NCBI GenBank assembly: GCA_013265495.1
Contig: MU058103.1
Location: 1,124,870 to 1,188,869 of the forward strand
DNA: 64,000 bases
Reading direction: 5' to 3'
Source of the DNA: Vicugna vicugna
Taxonomy: Eukaryota
Part shown: one piece after another, positions 24,313 through 37,515 of the stretch
Layout: every line of letters begins with the position of its first letter
Position numbering within the stretch: the stretch's first letter is position 1
Made by a program: the position numbers and the translations under genes
Notes under the pieces: generated by a model
What the model saw: the letters and a program-made list of their open reading frames with translations, nothing else
What the model was told of the DNA's origin: nothing
Databases searched by the model: none

Positions 24313-25099
24313 TATATATATTGTTCACAGCTCCTTCAGTCCTATCAAAGGTCCAATTAAATTGGCTGTGAATAAGAAAGGAATTTCTGAAAATCATGGG
24401 CCTCGGTTGGCTGGCTATTTAATAAAAAAATTGTTAGAAGTGAATTTGGAGTTTTGCTGAAACGCCCTTTCTGTCCATCCTGTCACTAGCATGGTTGGAG
24501 TTTAAACTTTTGGGAGAAAACACCAAGTATCATGACGCATTGTTTATTTTGTCGGAGCCAGTCACTGACCGCAGCAGCAGAAGTCTCCTCAGTGTTAGTG
24601 CCCTTCTGTCTAAGGTTAATTGTGCCATTTGGGATTCTGCATAGAGAGGCTGTTGGTGCTTAATTTAAGAGACCTTTCTGATGAAGTCCATTGTTTTTAT
24701 ATTCCATGAAATATAGCTCCAAAACGAAAGTGAAAGACAATGTGGGAAGATAATTGCATATAAAGATTTATTGAGCAATTTCACTATTTATGGATACTGC
24801 ATAATTTTTTACAGCTTAAATAGATGTCATTGTTATCCTTTTTATTCTTTCTCCTATTTATGATGTGCTGATTCCTCTCCATGTGAGAATGTTAATGTGA
24901 TTGTAACTTAAAATCTCAGGAGAATATTTCTATTTTATTGATCTCTGCTTTAAAATGACCTCATGACTTATGATCTCTTCTGGGAAATGACCCACGAGGA
25001 TTAGACATAATGGGTGCACTTCATGTTATTTTCTGACTTGATCACACATTCTAATTAATTCAAGGGTATTTCTCCTCTTTAAATAACTCATTTTGAAAG

Positions 25100-25400
25100 G
25101 CAGTGACCCACTTGGAGCACAGGCTTTCAATTCAGTGACCTAAGGAAAAGTCCCAACCCTGCCATCTACTAACTAGGTGAGCTTGCACAAGCCATTTTCT
25201 TTTCTTTTTTTTTTAAATGGAGGTACTGGGGACTGAACCCAGGACCTCATGCATACTAAGCACGCGCTCTACCCCTGAGCTATACCCACCCGCCCGAACA
25301 AGCCATTTTCCATCTGAGTTTCTCAACTTGTAAGATGGAGAAAATAAGACCTACAATGCAGGGTGGTTTTGTGGGATAAATAAGATGATCTTGGCACACA
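25100..25400 (+). mobile_element. MIR split by a SINE
   Basis: ccctgccatctactaactaggtgagcttgcacaagcca...ctgagtttctcaacttgtaagatggag. Confidence 0.7.
25200..25297 (-). mobile_element. tRNA-derived SINE (vic-1-like), short form, perfect 13-bp TSD
   Basis: Minus strand gggtatagctcaggggtagagcgcgtgcttagtatgcatgaggtcctgggttcagtccccagtacctcc plus A-tail; TSD acaagccattttc at 25187-25199 and 25298-25310. Confidence 0.93.
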
Positions 25401-26589
25401 GCCATAGAGTAACGACTCAACCCACTCCCCTAGAGCCGGCTCACACAGAGTGCGTGTGTGTGCTCTGGTAGTTTTCATAAATTCTGGACAAGAATTTAAT
25501 GGTCGAAGACCACTAACTTGGTTTGCTTTCCTGGTGAAAAAGATCATTTGCATGAGGAGGGAGGGAAAAAGTCATGCTTGTGACAGTGTGAAAGGATCAG
25601 GCCAAGTTAACATGAAATTAGAACAGAGCCATGTCTGAGCTTTATCAGGGTCCTCATTCAGAGATTAACTCGTGAAGTCCATGCACAGAAGAATGCTCAG
25701 TACTGAGTCTTAAAAATGTACATGTACAGTCACTGAAAACTCTCAGCTTGACCGTTCAGGATTCCCAGTTCAAATGGAGACTTCCGTTCTCTTTGGTTCA
25801 GTTCAACAAATGAGAATTCAATGCCAATTATATCCTGGGTGTGGCTCTGGTTCTGGGGACTCTTTTCTTACCTTCAGGATGCTCAGAATGCAGCGGTGAG
25901 GGGACTGAAAGTGAACCCGTCTTTCTTCAGATACATATCAGTGCCCCTCAGGTCTGGAGAATCACAGTGTTCATAACTGAGCTCCTCTCCAAGGAGGAGA
26001 TGGGTAGGCTGGCCATAACCCAGAAACAACAGCGACAAACTGTGGACCATACACAAACGTTCATCTCCTAAACCAACTCCCTATGCAGTGTGAGGAACTG
26101 CCACTCTAAGACGGTCCTGCCTCCCCTTCCCAAGTCCTCTGCTGGGGGTCCCGTTGCCCAGAGCAGAAGGCTCAGGGTTGTCCTTTCTCCTGTAGTCCTG
26201 CTTCCCTAACGTTCTCAGAGGTGGGATTTGGTATCTACAGGCATGTTCTTTGTGTTTTCCTGTGGCCCATTCTTGTCCCTGGAGCTCATCATTCTCATCA
26301 CAAAATCATTGGATGGCATTTCAGGACCACACCACCTATTTATAAATAAAAAAACTGTATCTTGTTTTAGATTTGAGCAGGTGTCCTCTAGGGCTGGATG
26401 TCCTGTCACGTTGGTCTAAATTTCGAGACATTTGACAAGTAATGCTTTTTAAGTTGGAGATTTGACATTTTATTGTTTCTTTGTTTCACTAAAATAATGT
26501 TGCTGGATTTCGCTCTGTGGCTTGTCTTTTGGATATTCTCAGAGCATTTCAGTGGAGGGGAGTAGAGTCAAAATGCCATCATGCCACGA

Positions 26590-26760
26590 TTTTAACCGGA
26601 AGTCCAAATAGACCTGAGTTTCAGCTCCGACTTTACCCCATATTATGTGCATTGGGCTGGAATAAGTTAGGTGATCTGCATCTCAGATTTCTCACCTGTC
26701 TTCTGAAGGTAACCACAATTATCTTAGGCTTGTACTGAGAAGTCCAAATGCAGTGAACAC
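26590..26760 (+). mobile_element. MIR SINE
   Basis: agacctgagtttcagctcc...tctgcatctcagatttctcacctgt. Confidence 0.6.
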
Positions 26761-26989
26761 ACAAACACCCACGCTGTATATTTACTTTGAAAAAAAATGT
26801 AGCAGTTTCTTTGAGGCAGAATACAATGTTATCATAGAGGTAAAATTTCCCCTTCATCAAAACCCAGCAATAACAGAATTAACAGGCATCTTGGATCTCG
26901 TCTATGTAAGGAAGGCTTCTGGAAGAACCTTATTTTTTTTTCTTTCAAAAAGTGCTTTTCTCTAGTATAGCACTGCAGTACAAAAATAT

Positions 26990-27135
26990 TTTTCATCTAT
27001 ATTAACTCATTTAACGCCCAGAATAATGTTCTAGGGGAGGTTTTTGCTCCATTTTGCAGGTGAGAAAACTGAGGTGCAGAGAGGTTTAGTGAAAACGATT
27101 CATTTAATAAGGGCCAGGTCTGGAAGAGGAATGTT
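26990..27135 (-). mobile_element. MIR SINE
   Basis: ctccattttgcaggtgagaaaactgaggtgcagagaggttt. Confidence 0.8.
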
Positions 27136-28880
27136 GGGTTTCTCTCACATGACTGTGCTCCTTCTGCAATGCCACAGCTGGATTCACAGCTGGGAGTTTA
27201 CTAAGACCCTTGGTGGACTTTCTCCTGAGGAAACACAAACAACTCCAGGGCTCAGAAGTGGTTTTTGACGACAGTATTAGGTATTTTGATTACTTCGTTC
27301 ACATGTGGCTGCCAACCCTTGTAAGAGATCATTTACTGCAACCCCCTATCTCCCCCACGACCTCCAGAGCTATAGGACCTTGGAAGGTTGAGGAGAGATA
27401 TCCTGAAATGCTGATTTTCAGTTTAATTACATTTCTGGTCGTGTGAAATTTGGACTCTTTACCTGCTCACCCAGTTGTGAGCATTTGCTGTCAAGTTTAG
27501 AAATTTGAATGAGCTTCGATGATGGTTCTGTAATTTAAGCTCCTGTTCACAATCTCGATTCATTAGTGTTCAGTCAGCATGGAATATTTATCGAGGTGCC
27601 AGGCACAATGTACATTATCAATCAAACACAGAAGGGAAACAGGGATTACAATATGAAAGAAAAAAATCAGAGGCCTCAGGAGACTGGCAGAGTTCTTTCT
27701 TTGCACATCAGACTCCATCAAGCACATCTGTAATACAAGAATCACAACTTTTACTCCTGTCTTCTAAGTTCAAATATTGTGTAAGAAAAAAATAAAACAA
27801 ACTCAGAAAACTCTCCAGCCTCTAGGAAAACTTTCTTTTCAGTTCAGATTTACTACATTCTAGCATATTTTATTTCCAATTCATATATGTCAGCACTACA
27901 TTTACAAGCAATAGGGTCGAACTCGCAAAAGAAGCAGATAATAGTATCTACTATTTACTTAGCATTTCAATATGTATTAGTACATTTTGCAAATATTTTT
28001 CTCCTTTTGATTCAAAAGATTCTTCTGAAGTAGATGTTATTAAGAGTCTAGTGTCAGTTGACTGAAGTCAGGGCTCAGCGGGCTCAGGGTCAGACAAGAA
28101 GTGAGAAATACAGTAGCCGTGTTTGCTGTTCTCCTAGACGCTACAGCCCAGAGCTGGGTCTTCCCCCACTGAACAAGGAATTCCTGATTCTACTCACTGC
28201 TGGGTTTCCATCTGGAGACTGGGGTCTGTAAATGAAGGGAAAGAATTTAAATTGTTCTTTTTCTTTGTTTGGTTTATATTTAGGGAATATTTTAAAAATT
28301 CCAAGCATTGTGCCGTCCTTTAAGCGTTCTGCCGTTATCTACATATTATAGTTGAGAAAAATAGGTTGACCAGATTTGACATGTCCACGATCCTGCTTCA
28401 GTGTAAGATGTGGATATACACACGGTCACCTGGCCTCCCAGGTTCCTCCCACCACCACCCCCAGTCTCCCGCTGCTGTCACGTGTGTATTCATTACATCA
28501 AACTTCTTTGTCACCAGGAAGATGAAGAGAGGGCAAACACCCCATGGTTTTTCCCAAACTGAACAATACATTAAAACCACTTGGATTTTTTTTTTTTAAC
28601 AATACACATTTGTAAGCTTTATTTCTCATCAGCAACTCTAGATGTGGGGTTTTGGAACTTTATATTTAAAAAGTTGCACAAATAATTTTTCTAGAGGGTG
28701 ATCAACTTTTTAGAGAGCTGACACAGGATATAGGCATATCAGAGCCCAAAGTAAATGACAGTAATATACATATAACTATAACCATGAGCATTATTACTGT
28801 AACACACATATAAATATAAATTGTTTATTTGAATTTATGTATGATTCTATGTATTTGCTGATGACAGATTGAAATTACAG

Positions 28881-29319
28881 TGAAGTGACCCTAGCTCAGG
28901 CATACAGAATGGAGTCAGGCGGCCATTGAGGTTCTGCACCACTGAGAACATGAACTTTCTCAACTGTATCAAATCACAGCCTCCATCATGCCTTTTAGAG
29001 CAGCACCTGCTGTCTTCAGTCTTGTGGTCTTAAACTTGCCCTCTTGCAGCCAGGTAACCATTTTGGACCCCAACCAATTCTTGCTTAATAAGTACTCTTA
29101 CTTCTAGACAACATCAGTCATAATTGTTGACAAACAACTTACGTAAATATCTGTGACCTTGCAATCTTTGCCTTTTATAAGCCTTCTCCATTTTGTAGTC
29201 CAGGAGAACATAATTCAGATGCTTCTTGAATCTGTTTTTACTGGACTGCAGTCCTAATAAATCCCAAATAAATGCTCCTTTATCTCAATCAGAGCTCCGT
29301 TTCTGAAATTTCGGTTAAA
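28881..29319 (+). mobile_element. ERV1 solo LTR, MER34/MER39-like
   Basis: TG start; ccttttataagcc TATA-like; gcttcttgaatctg...gcagtcctaataaatcccaaataaa; ends tttcggttaaa (decayed -ggttaaca). Confidence 0.65.
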
Positions 29320-29907
29320 ATGGCTTTCTATTACATAAATGCTATTAATTCAACAAAACAGCTCTAGAATTATAACAGTAGCAATTAGTAATAATTAGTA
29401 GTATGACTAATTAACCAAATAATGTGCGTGAGAAAAACATCACATTATTTTTATGTTTCTTTCTGTCTTCTGATACAGCCATGTATTTTAACTCTTTTTT
29501 CACTCTATGTTGGAATTTAAAATTTTGTGGTCTTACATTATTGTGTATTTTTAAATTACATAAATGTACATGGATGTAAGTGTTCTTAAAAAGAGAGCAG
29601 TCAGAAGAGTCCTGTAAAGTAAATGTCATTATAGAGCCATGGTCTTTAAGACGTCTTTCTTTCACTTAATGGGACGGTGAAACTGAATATAATCAAATAT
29701 AAAATTCACTCTGATGTGTAGTTCTGTTTGTATCAAGGCTACATTATGGTGATACCTGGCATCATTCCATTGTGGTGATATCAAACTCAATATCCTCTAG
29801 AAAAAAGCATTTGAACACAGAGTAGTTAGTATTTTACTAGCAACAGTAGACTTTTTCACTTGTAGGAATCAGTTTCCCTGGTCTCCAGAAAATCCACCCA
29901 CTTTGTA

Positions 29908-32176
29908 AAGACACACCTTGGAGGTATTGCCAGTTTGATTCCAGAGCACCACAGTAAAGCATATACCACAATTAAGTAATCATACAGTGTTTTTTGTTTC
30001 CTGGCATGTACAAAGTCCACATTTGCACTATACCATAGTCTACTAAGTGCACAAGAGCATTATATTTTAAAAATTAATACACATATCTTCGTTAAAAAAT
30101 ACTTTATTGCTAAAAAAAAATGCTAACCATCATCTGAACCATCAGGGAGCTGCAGTGTTTTTGCTGGTAAATGGTCTTGCCATGATATTGATGGCTGCTG
30201 CCTGATCAGGGTGGTGGTGGTGGTTGGTTGGGGTGGCTGTGGCAATTTCTTAAAATAAGACAGTAATGAAGTTTTCCATCTCAGTTAACTGTTTCTTTCA
30301 TGAACAATCTCCCTGTAGCATGAAATACTGTAAGATATCATTTTACCTATAGTAAAACTTCTTTGAAAATCGGAGTCAGTTCACTCAAACCCTACCATTT
30401 CTTTATCAATTAAGTTTATGTAGCATTCTGAATGCTTTGTTGCCGTTTCAGTAGGAGTAGATTCTATCAAGCAACTCCTCATGTGTTATAGTTTTGTCAT
30501 GAGACTGCAGCAATGCCATCACATCTTCAGGCTCCACTTGTAATTCTACCTCTCTTGCTATTTCCACTGTATCTGCAGTTACTTCCTCCGCTGAAGTCTA
30601 GAATCCCTCAAAGTCATCCATAACGATTGGAACCAACTTCTTCCAAACCCCTGTTAATGTTGACATGTTGACCTCTTTCTGTGAATCATGAATAATTTTA
30701 ATGGCATCTAGAATGGTGAATCCTTTCCAGAAGGTTTTCAATTTACTTTGCCGAGATCCATCAGAGGAATCACTGTCTACGGCAGCTATAGCCTTATGAA
30801 ATGTATTTCTTAAATAATGAGATTTGAAAGTTGCATTACTCCTTGGTCTGTGGACTGCAGAATGGATGTTGTGTTAGCAGGCATGAAAACAACATGAATC
30901 TCACTGTACATCAGAGCTCTTGTGTGACCAAGTGTATTGTCAGTGAGCAGTCATACTTTGAAGGCATCTATTTTTTCCTGGAAAGTGGTTCTCAACAGTG
31001 GGCTTGAAATATTCAGCGAATCATTTTGTAAACAGATGTGCTGTCATCCAAACTTTGTTATTCCATTTATAGAGAGAGCACTGGCAGAGGAGATTTGGCA
31101 TAATTCTTAAGGGCCATAGGATTCTCAGAACATTGACTTCAACTTGATGTCAAGAGAGTCAGTTGGTCCTTTGAAGCCAGGCATCGACTTCTCTTCTCTA
31201 GCTACGAAAGAATTAGATGGCATCTTTTCCCAATATAAGGCTATTTTATCTACAAGGAAAATCCTTAATTTTCTTAGCTACATCTGGATAACTCGCTGCA
31301 GCTTCTACATCAACACTTGCTGCTTCACCCTACGCATTTATCTTCTGGAGATGGCGTCTTTCCCTAAACCTCACGAACCAGTCTCCGCTAGCATCTAACT
31401 TTCCTTCTGCACCTTCCTTACCTCTCTCAGCCTTCACAGAATTAAAGAGAGTTAGGGCCTTGCTTCTGGATTAGGTTTCGGCTTAAGTGAATGTTGTGGC
31501 TGGTTGGATCTTCTGTCCAGACCACTAAAACTTTCTCCATATCAGCAATAAGGTTGTTTTGTTTTCTTATTATTTGTGCTTTCATTGGAGGCGCACATTT
31601 AATTTTCTTCAAGAACTTCTCCTTTACGTTCACAGCATGGCTAACTGTTTGGTGCAAGAGGCTTTTGGCGTGTCTAAGCTTTTACATGCCTTCCTCACTA
31701 AGCCTAATCACTTCCAGCTTTTGATTTTAAGTGAGAGACACGTGCCACTTCCTTTCATTCAAACACTTAGGGGCCATTGCAGGGATTTTAATTGTCCTAA
31801 TTTCAACCTTATTGTGTCTCAGGGAGTAGGGCGGCCCCAGGAGAGGGAGGGAGAACAATGGGCCAGTCAGACTACGCGTATCTATTGATGATGTTGGCCA
31901 TCTTCTATGTGCGTGGTTCATGACACTTCAAACCAGTTATGGCAGTAACATCAAAGAGCACTGACCACAGATCACCACAATAAATACCATCATAATTAAA
32001 AAGTTTGCAAGACAGTGAAAATTACCAAAATGTGACACAGAGACTTGAAGGGAGCAGATACTGTTGGAAAAATGACATCAATAGACTTGATTGATGTAGG
32101 ATTGCCACAAACCTTCAATTTGCAAATAACAGTGTCTGCCAAGATCAATTGAAGCTCAACAAGATGAGCTGACCTG
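29908..32176 (-). mobile_element. Near full-length decayed Tigger1 DNA transposon
   Basis: Both ends resemble Tigger1 ends, TA flanks; ORF 31442-31657 [18 protein letters not shown]...[22 protein letters not shown] is Tigger1/TIGD1-type transposase N-terminus; reading frame broken by stops and frameshifts. Confidence 0.95.
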
Positions 32177-33593
32177 TATTTAAGGGCTTATTTTGATAAA
32201 CCGTTTGTTTATCAGTTAGATCCTTTGTTTATACACATTCATCATCGAGGCTGTCCACATCTAAAAGTAGCCATTAGTTATAAACACTCAGAAGCACATT
32301 GAATGTCATCCTAAGTTAAACCTCTCTTTCTCCGGGAAAATGGTTTTAGGCACAGAGGTAATCTGAACTTCTCAGAGTGCAGTTGAATTCCAAAGAACTT
32401 ACAATTTTCATAAAGAAATTGAGAATCACTTATTTAACTTGGCTGCCCTTTTCTGGTGAGGAATTTTTTCCCTCTAGTTCTGAACCAGTCTTGTTTCCAA
32501 AATATGAGTCTTTTTTTCCCACTGTATGAGGGTTTGCTGCAGCCTAAATACGACATCAACCAACTTGGAAACAATCGGTTTATACTTTTCTAAGCTACCG
32601 CTGACCTCCTTAAAGATCGTCGCACAGCTTTGGAGAAACAATATATACATTTCTGTTTTACTATAATCCTTTCTCCATTTTTATCCTCAGTGTAGTCACA
32701 TGCTAGAGAAAGATATTCTTCTTGTCCTAAACTTTGAAAATAATGGCAAACTAGCATTTTAATGTATTTCCTATGGCAGGCAACATTAGTCACCTTGTAG
32801 GTACATGTCTGTAAAGATTATTTCCTTCTATTTCCACGAAGTCAAGAATTTCGGTAAGTTCTCCTACACAGTCTTGGGAGGGCTAGGAAGTGATCATGAA
32901 CTTCCATCATGAAGAGCTCCATTTCAAAAGTAAACAAATCAAAACTCTTCTTATCAATAGACACAAGGTAGGGGGTAGGACACTTAGCAGGTCTTTCTGT
33001 TTTCTTTGGTAAGAAGTCTATAAACGTAAAGAAATCTGCCAAAAGTTACCTTTGCACTGTTTTTTTAATAGGCAGATGGAATAGGGAAGTCTAATCTTTG
33101 GTTTTATGTTGCCAGCAGTGTCATTAAGATTTTTCACACAAATCAGGAAAATAAATTGAAACTACATTTTTCAAGTCAAAGTTCTTTGGAACTTGGAGAG
33201 GAGCTTAATTTTTGTTGCTGTGACTCACTGTATCACTAACCATACTCAGTAGAAAACGTCGTCTTTGCTAAGATCTCACTGAAGCGGCTCTGCTCTAGGA
33301 GGGGCCAGCTCACCTGTTATCAAAATGTCCCCTGTTGTTCGTCATGGGATCAGGAAATGGAACTTTACTGAGTTTCATAGAGCAACTCTAGTTTCATAGG
33401 GAACAACAAGATAGTGTGTGTTCATCCATATAGTATTCCCAAGGTGATTCAACAACCGCTTTCTTCTGAGCGTTGACATCTTTGGGGAGATGAACAACAA
33501 CTACAGCAGCAACAACAACTTGTTAATTATTTAGGATGCACTTGCCCGGCTCATCCCAAACTCGTGAGATTTGGGCTTAGGAATTCATTTCTT

Positions 33594-33746
33594 GGCGGGA
33601 TGGGTGTACAGCTCAGTGGTAGAGCACATGCTTAGATGCATGAGGTCCTGGGTTCCATCCCCAGAGCCTCCATTAAAAAACAAACAAGCTCTAATTACCC
33701 CCCCAAATAAACAAAAAATGTGCAGAAAAAAGCAAAACAAATAAAA
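33594..33746 (+). mobile_element. tRNA-derived SINE (vic-1-like), long form
   Basis: cagctcagtggtagagcacatgcttag...gaggtcctgggttccatcccc...ctaattacccccccaaataaac plus A-rich tail. Confidence 0.92.
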
Positions 33747-34349
33747 TTTCACATCTCCTCTGTGCCCATGTTCCAAATTCCTGTATATTGTGTATATCCT
33801 GTATATATTTCTTTCTGTACATTGTGCCCTATGCTTTGTTTAAATCATTTTCCTCCTTAATCCAGGTTGAATGTGTCCTCCCAGCAGTCGTGAAAAGAAC
33901 CCAGTTGTTTAATTGTCTTTGTTGGTGTATGGGTCATGGTGGCATTTTTATTGCCATCATTTTTCATTATCTGACCTCTAAGAAAACATGCTCACAATAT
34001 TCACAATGTTAAAAATTCAACTAGCACTATCTCAATACAAAGTACAAGAGTCATTGTGCAAGCAAAGCCAGAGATGGGCCGTTAACACTCCTGACTACAA
34101 TGCACATCAGTTGCACACTGAAGTCACTCAGAGCATTGCAACAATGTGAACTGCAAGTCATGGCTGCCAGCATCAGTGGTCAGGGGAAGAATTTGCGGCA
34201 GCAACTACGAAGGACAACCTACTGCATATCTGTTTGACACTAAAGATATATTGCTTTCAGCGCCCCTTTTTTATGCTACTATCTGGGTTTTGTACTTTTT
34301 CCCTGACCTTTGCACCCATCCCTGACCTTTTCCAGGAGGCTTTTTGCTT

Positions 34350-34432
34350 CCTGGGAAAGAGTTTCTTGGGATGTGGGACTTTGAGCACTAAAACTGAAAC
34401 AATCCTGGGCAACCAGGATGATTGGTTACCCT
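34350..34432. mobile_element. MER81-like hAT-Blackjack fragment
   Basis: gggatgtgggactttgagcactaaaactgaaacaatcctgggcaaccaggatgattggttacccta. Confidence 0.75.
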
Positions 34433-34839
34433 ACCGTATGGTCAGTATGGTATTAGAGCCCAGCTGGAACATTTATCACTGCACTTCCATGCCCCTGTCG
34501 GATGGTTCTGACTGCCATCTGATTCCCAGTGTCCAGTAGGCAGACAAGAGCACCAGCTAGGAAAAATGAGGGTGTCAGGAGGGAGCTGCTCTGGGTTATG
34601 ATGCTTAGAAGATGAATTTGGCTGCTTCAGACCAAGGTTGTCTAGGAGATGGTAAAGGCACTCATGATATTTCATTACTTTCAGATTATGAAGCCTCAAA
34701 AGGTCAAAGATGATTAAGCAGCAGAAAGTAAAGACCAAATGCCTTAGCCAGGCGTGGACGTTGCTCTGTTGAGTTAGCCTCTAACTCCAGGCTTCTCTTC
34801 AGCCTTGACACTTTTGCAACCCAGCACCCATCTCATTGC

Positions 34840-35246
34840 GCTTCCATTTCCCCAGTATGCCATCCCCCCTCACTCCCCTGTCCTGAGGCTGGCTCTCCTC
34901 TCCCTCCAACATGCCGTTTCTTCACCTCTCTGCTTGGTTACCATCTACCCATCCTTTAGTTTGTAGACAGTGTATTAAGTCCTCAGTTCAGTCCCTCTTC
35001 ACCTTTAGCCAGGGACTCTCTCTCCTACTCAGCCGGAACCTATGCTGAGTCTCACCCAGAGCTTGTAACGCCCCAAGACAGTTGTACGTCTCTGTTACTA
35101 GACTCTGAGGGCATACACTCTGGTTCCCACTTTTGTATCACTAGCACCTGGGATTACTTGTGGCATGTTGTCAGTTCTTAATAAATGCCTGATGACAGTC
35201 TTGAATGAAAAATGATTAATTGGTTGAATAAATGCATGAATGAATG
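34840..35246 (+). mobile_element. L2 3' end
   Basis: Pyrimidine-rich body, ctagactctgagggca, tgtatcactagcacc, ends ttgaataaatgcatgaatgaatg. Confidence 0.65.
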
Positions 35247-35835
35247 TCAAATATTGTTACCAGCTACCCTAGTGATGTGAGGTATTTTTATTTCCTGAAC
35301 ACATGTGAGCTCTTTAGTGACCTATGTGTAACTTATGCTGTAGAACCTTTCAGCCGTTATGACTAAGCTTTTTAAAAAATTAAAGCCCTGTAGAAATGAC
35401 TTTTTAAATATGGTTTAATTATATGAACTGTTGTTTTTGTAGTTTGTGGAGTGGCTGAATATCAGCAATTTGAAATCATCTCATCTAATAGATACTATTC
35501 AGGAAAAGTACCTTGAACAAACATTTAAAGTCACCATAGTTTTAAAAAAAATAACCATCTCTATTTAAGATTTCCCAGAACATTCAGAGTGGAACATTGC
35601 AAAACCAGTTGTTACCCTAAGAAAATCACTGATGCCAAAAAGACGGTCCTTGACGCTCTGTTCCTGAAAAGCTTGGAGATGAAACTTTTTTTTTTGGAAA
35701 CCTTAGTATCTAAAATGGGAGTGAATGCCGCATCTGTTTTTCTCCCTTTGTGCACTCAAGCCCTCCCCTGCTTGGATGTGACCATGCTGTAGGATCCTAA
35801 GCCTTTCTTGCCGGGGACCACTTTGGGGACCCTTC

Positions 35836-36430
35836 CCTTTTAGTCTTCTATTGCTACAGTAACAAATCACCACGTACTTGGTGGCTTAAAGCAACGCAAA
35901 CTTGTTTTCTCTTAGTTTCCATGGGTTGAAGTCTGAATGGTCCCTGTCCTCCGGATCTCAGAAGGCCAAAATCAAGGTGTTGGCCAGGCTGGGCTTTTAT
36001 CTGAAGGCTGTAGCAGGAGATTCTGCTCCCAGGATTCTGCCGGTTGTTGGCAGAATCTAGTTCCTTGCGGGTGGAGGAGTGAGGTCCGGATTCCTCGCTG
36101 TCAGTTGAGGGCTGCTACCAGATACCAGAGACCTTGCTCTGGCCCTTGTAAATGAGCCTGAACATCTCAGACAGCAATTATACGTCTAATTCTTCTTATG
36201 CTTGAAATTTCTCTAACATGCCCTTCTATCATATCTCCCTCACTCCCAGCCTGAGGAAAGTCTTAGCTTGTGAGGCTCATGTCATTCACTTGGGCCCACT
36301 TGGATAATCCAGTATGTTCTTCCTAGTTAAAGGTCCACCGTAGGCTTCATGACATCTGTTACGTGCCTTTGCCACATAACATAAAATACTCACAGATGAG
36401 TATTTTTGGGAAGCCATTCTTCCTACCATG
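35836..36430 (-). mobile_element. MLT1 (MaLR) solo LTR, MLT1D/E-like
   Basis: ttagtcttctattgctacagtaacaaatcaccac...gtggcttaaagcaac...ttgggcccacttggataatccag...gccattcttcctacca. Confidence 0.9.
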
Positions 36431-36624
36431 TCCCCCATCCCCTGGAGCAGGGATATTGGGTGGAGAGGGTGCAGGTGGGACAAGTCTGATCTAGATCTCT
36501 ATCCTGACTCTGATTCATGCCTCTTCTCCCTCATTATTACTCACTGATGAAATCTTTGTGTGCTGGCTTCCCAGGGTCTTGTGATAAGATTTTCTCACTC
36601 AATGTCAAGTTACTTGATGTTATT

Positions 36625-36860
36625 TCAGTTGTTCACTGACTTGATAAATATATACTGGAACTCCTACCATGTGCCAGACACCTTGAGAAACACGTGGGAT
36701 AGAGTTTCTGCTGTCAGTGAATTTATAATTCAGTAGAGAACTGTATCAATAACTAGATATTTATGATGTGGTGTATCAAGTGATGTGGTGGAGTTAAAAC
36801 ATGGTGGACCACAGGAACAGACAGCAGTGGCAGAAAAGTCAGAAAAGTGTTGTGCTGGGT
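36625..36860 (-). mobile_element. L2 3' fragment
   Basis: ctcctaccatgtgccagacacc...ctgctgtcagtgaatttataattcagtagag. Confidence 0.65.
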
Positions 36861-37413
36861 GCCAGTCATCGCGTATAGGTGTCAAAAACATTTTTGATTT
36901 GGCAGGAAGTTGGCTATACTAGAGTGCACCTGGTTAAGAGAGGAACCTAACAGATTGTGAAGGAACTATTAACCAAATATTTTATGCAGTGTCAAAGGCA
37001 CAGAAAAGTGATAAGCATACAGAAGGCAAAGTTTCTGTTCAGAGAAAAAGGCAAACGCATTTGAACATATGACATTGCTCTCCTTTGACAGAGCGTGCCC
37101 TTGTATATTCCTGTCACAGAAAGCCCTGATTAAAAGGGTGACTTTACCGAGATTTGTTCTTGCAATAGGTGGATTCAGCTTTTCTTGCTTAGGTAAAGTC
37201 TAAATTGTCTTTTTCAAATCAATTCAGTCCAGTGTTTTTGTTTGTTTGTTTTCTGTTGTTCTCCAAATGACTTTGACTTTCCTCTGTGCAGAATTTCTTT
37301 GTATTTAGGAGTCTGACTAATGTACATATCCAGTTGTTAAGTGTGATTGACTCTTACTGGTGCCATATGTGATGGAGAAATATTTGTTACTACCTCCAGT
37401 TTAACAATTCTTT

Positions 37414-37515
37414 GGCAGAGGAGGGGTTATAGCTGAGTGATAGAGTGTGCGCTTAGCATGTGAGAGGTCCTGGGTTCAATCCCCAGTACCTCCATAAAAA
37501 AATAAATGCTAGTCT
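37414..37515 (+). mobile_element. tRNA-derived SINE (vic-1-like), short form
   Basis: ggggttatagctgagtgatagagtgtgcgcttagcatgtgagaggtcctgggttcaatccccagtacctcc plus A-tail; aacaatt on both flanks. Confidence 0.92.

Noticed and set aside
31442..31657. TIGD1-like domesticated transposase gene
   Set aside because: Only 71 aa open inside a TIR-bounded, multiply disrupted Tigger1
33594..33746. tRNA gene (also the other four copies)
   Set aside because: A-rich tails, TSDs on several copies and disrupted stems identify them as SINEs
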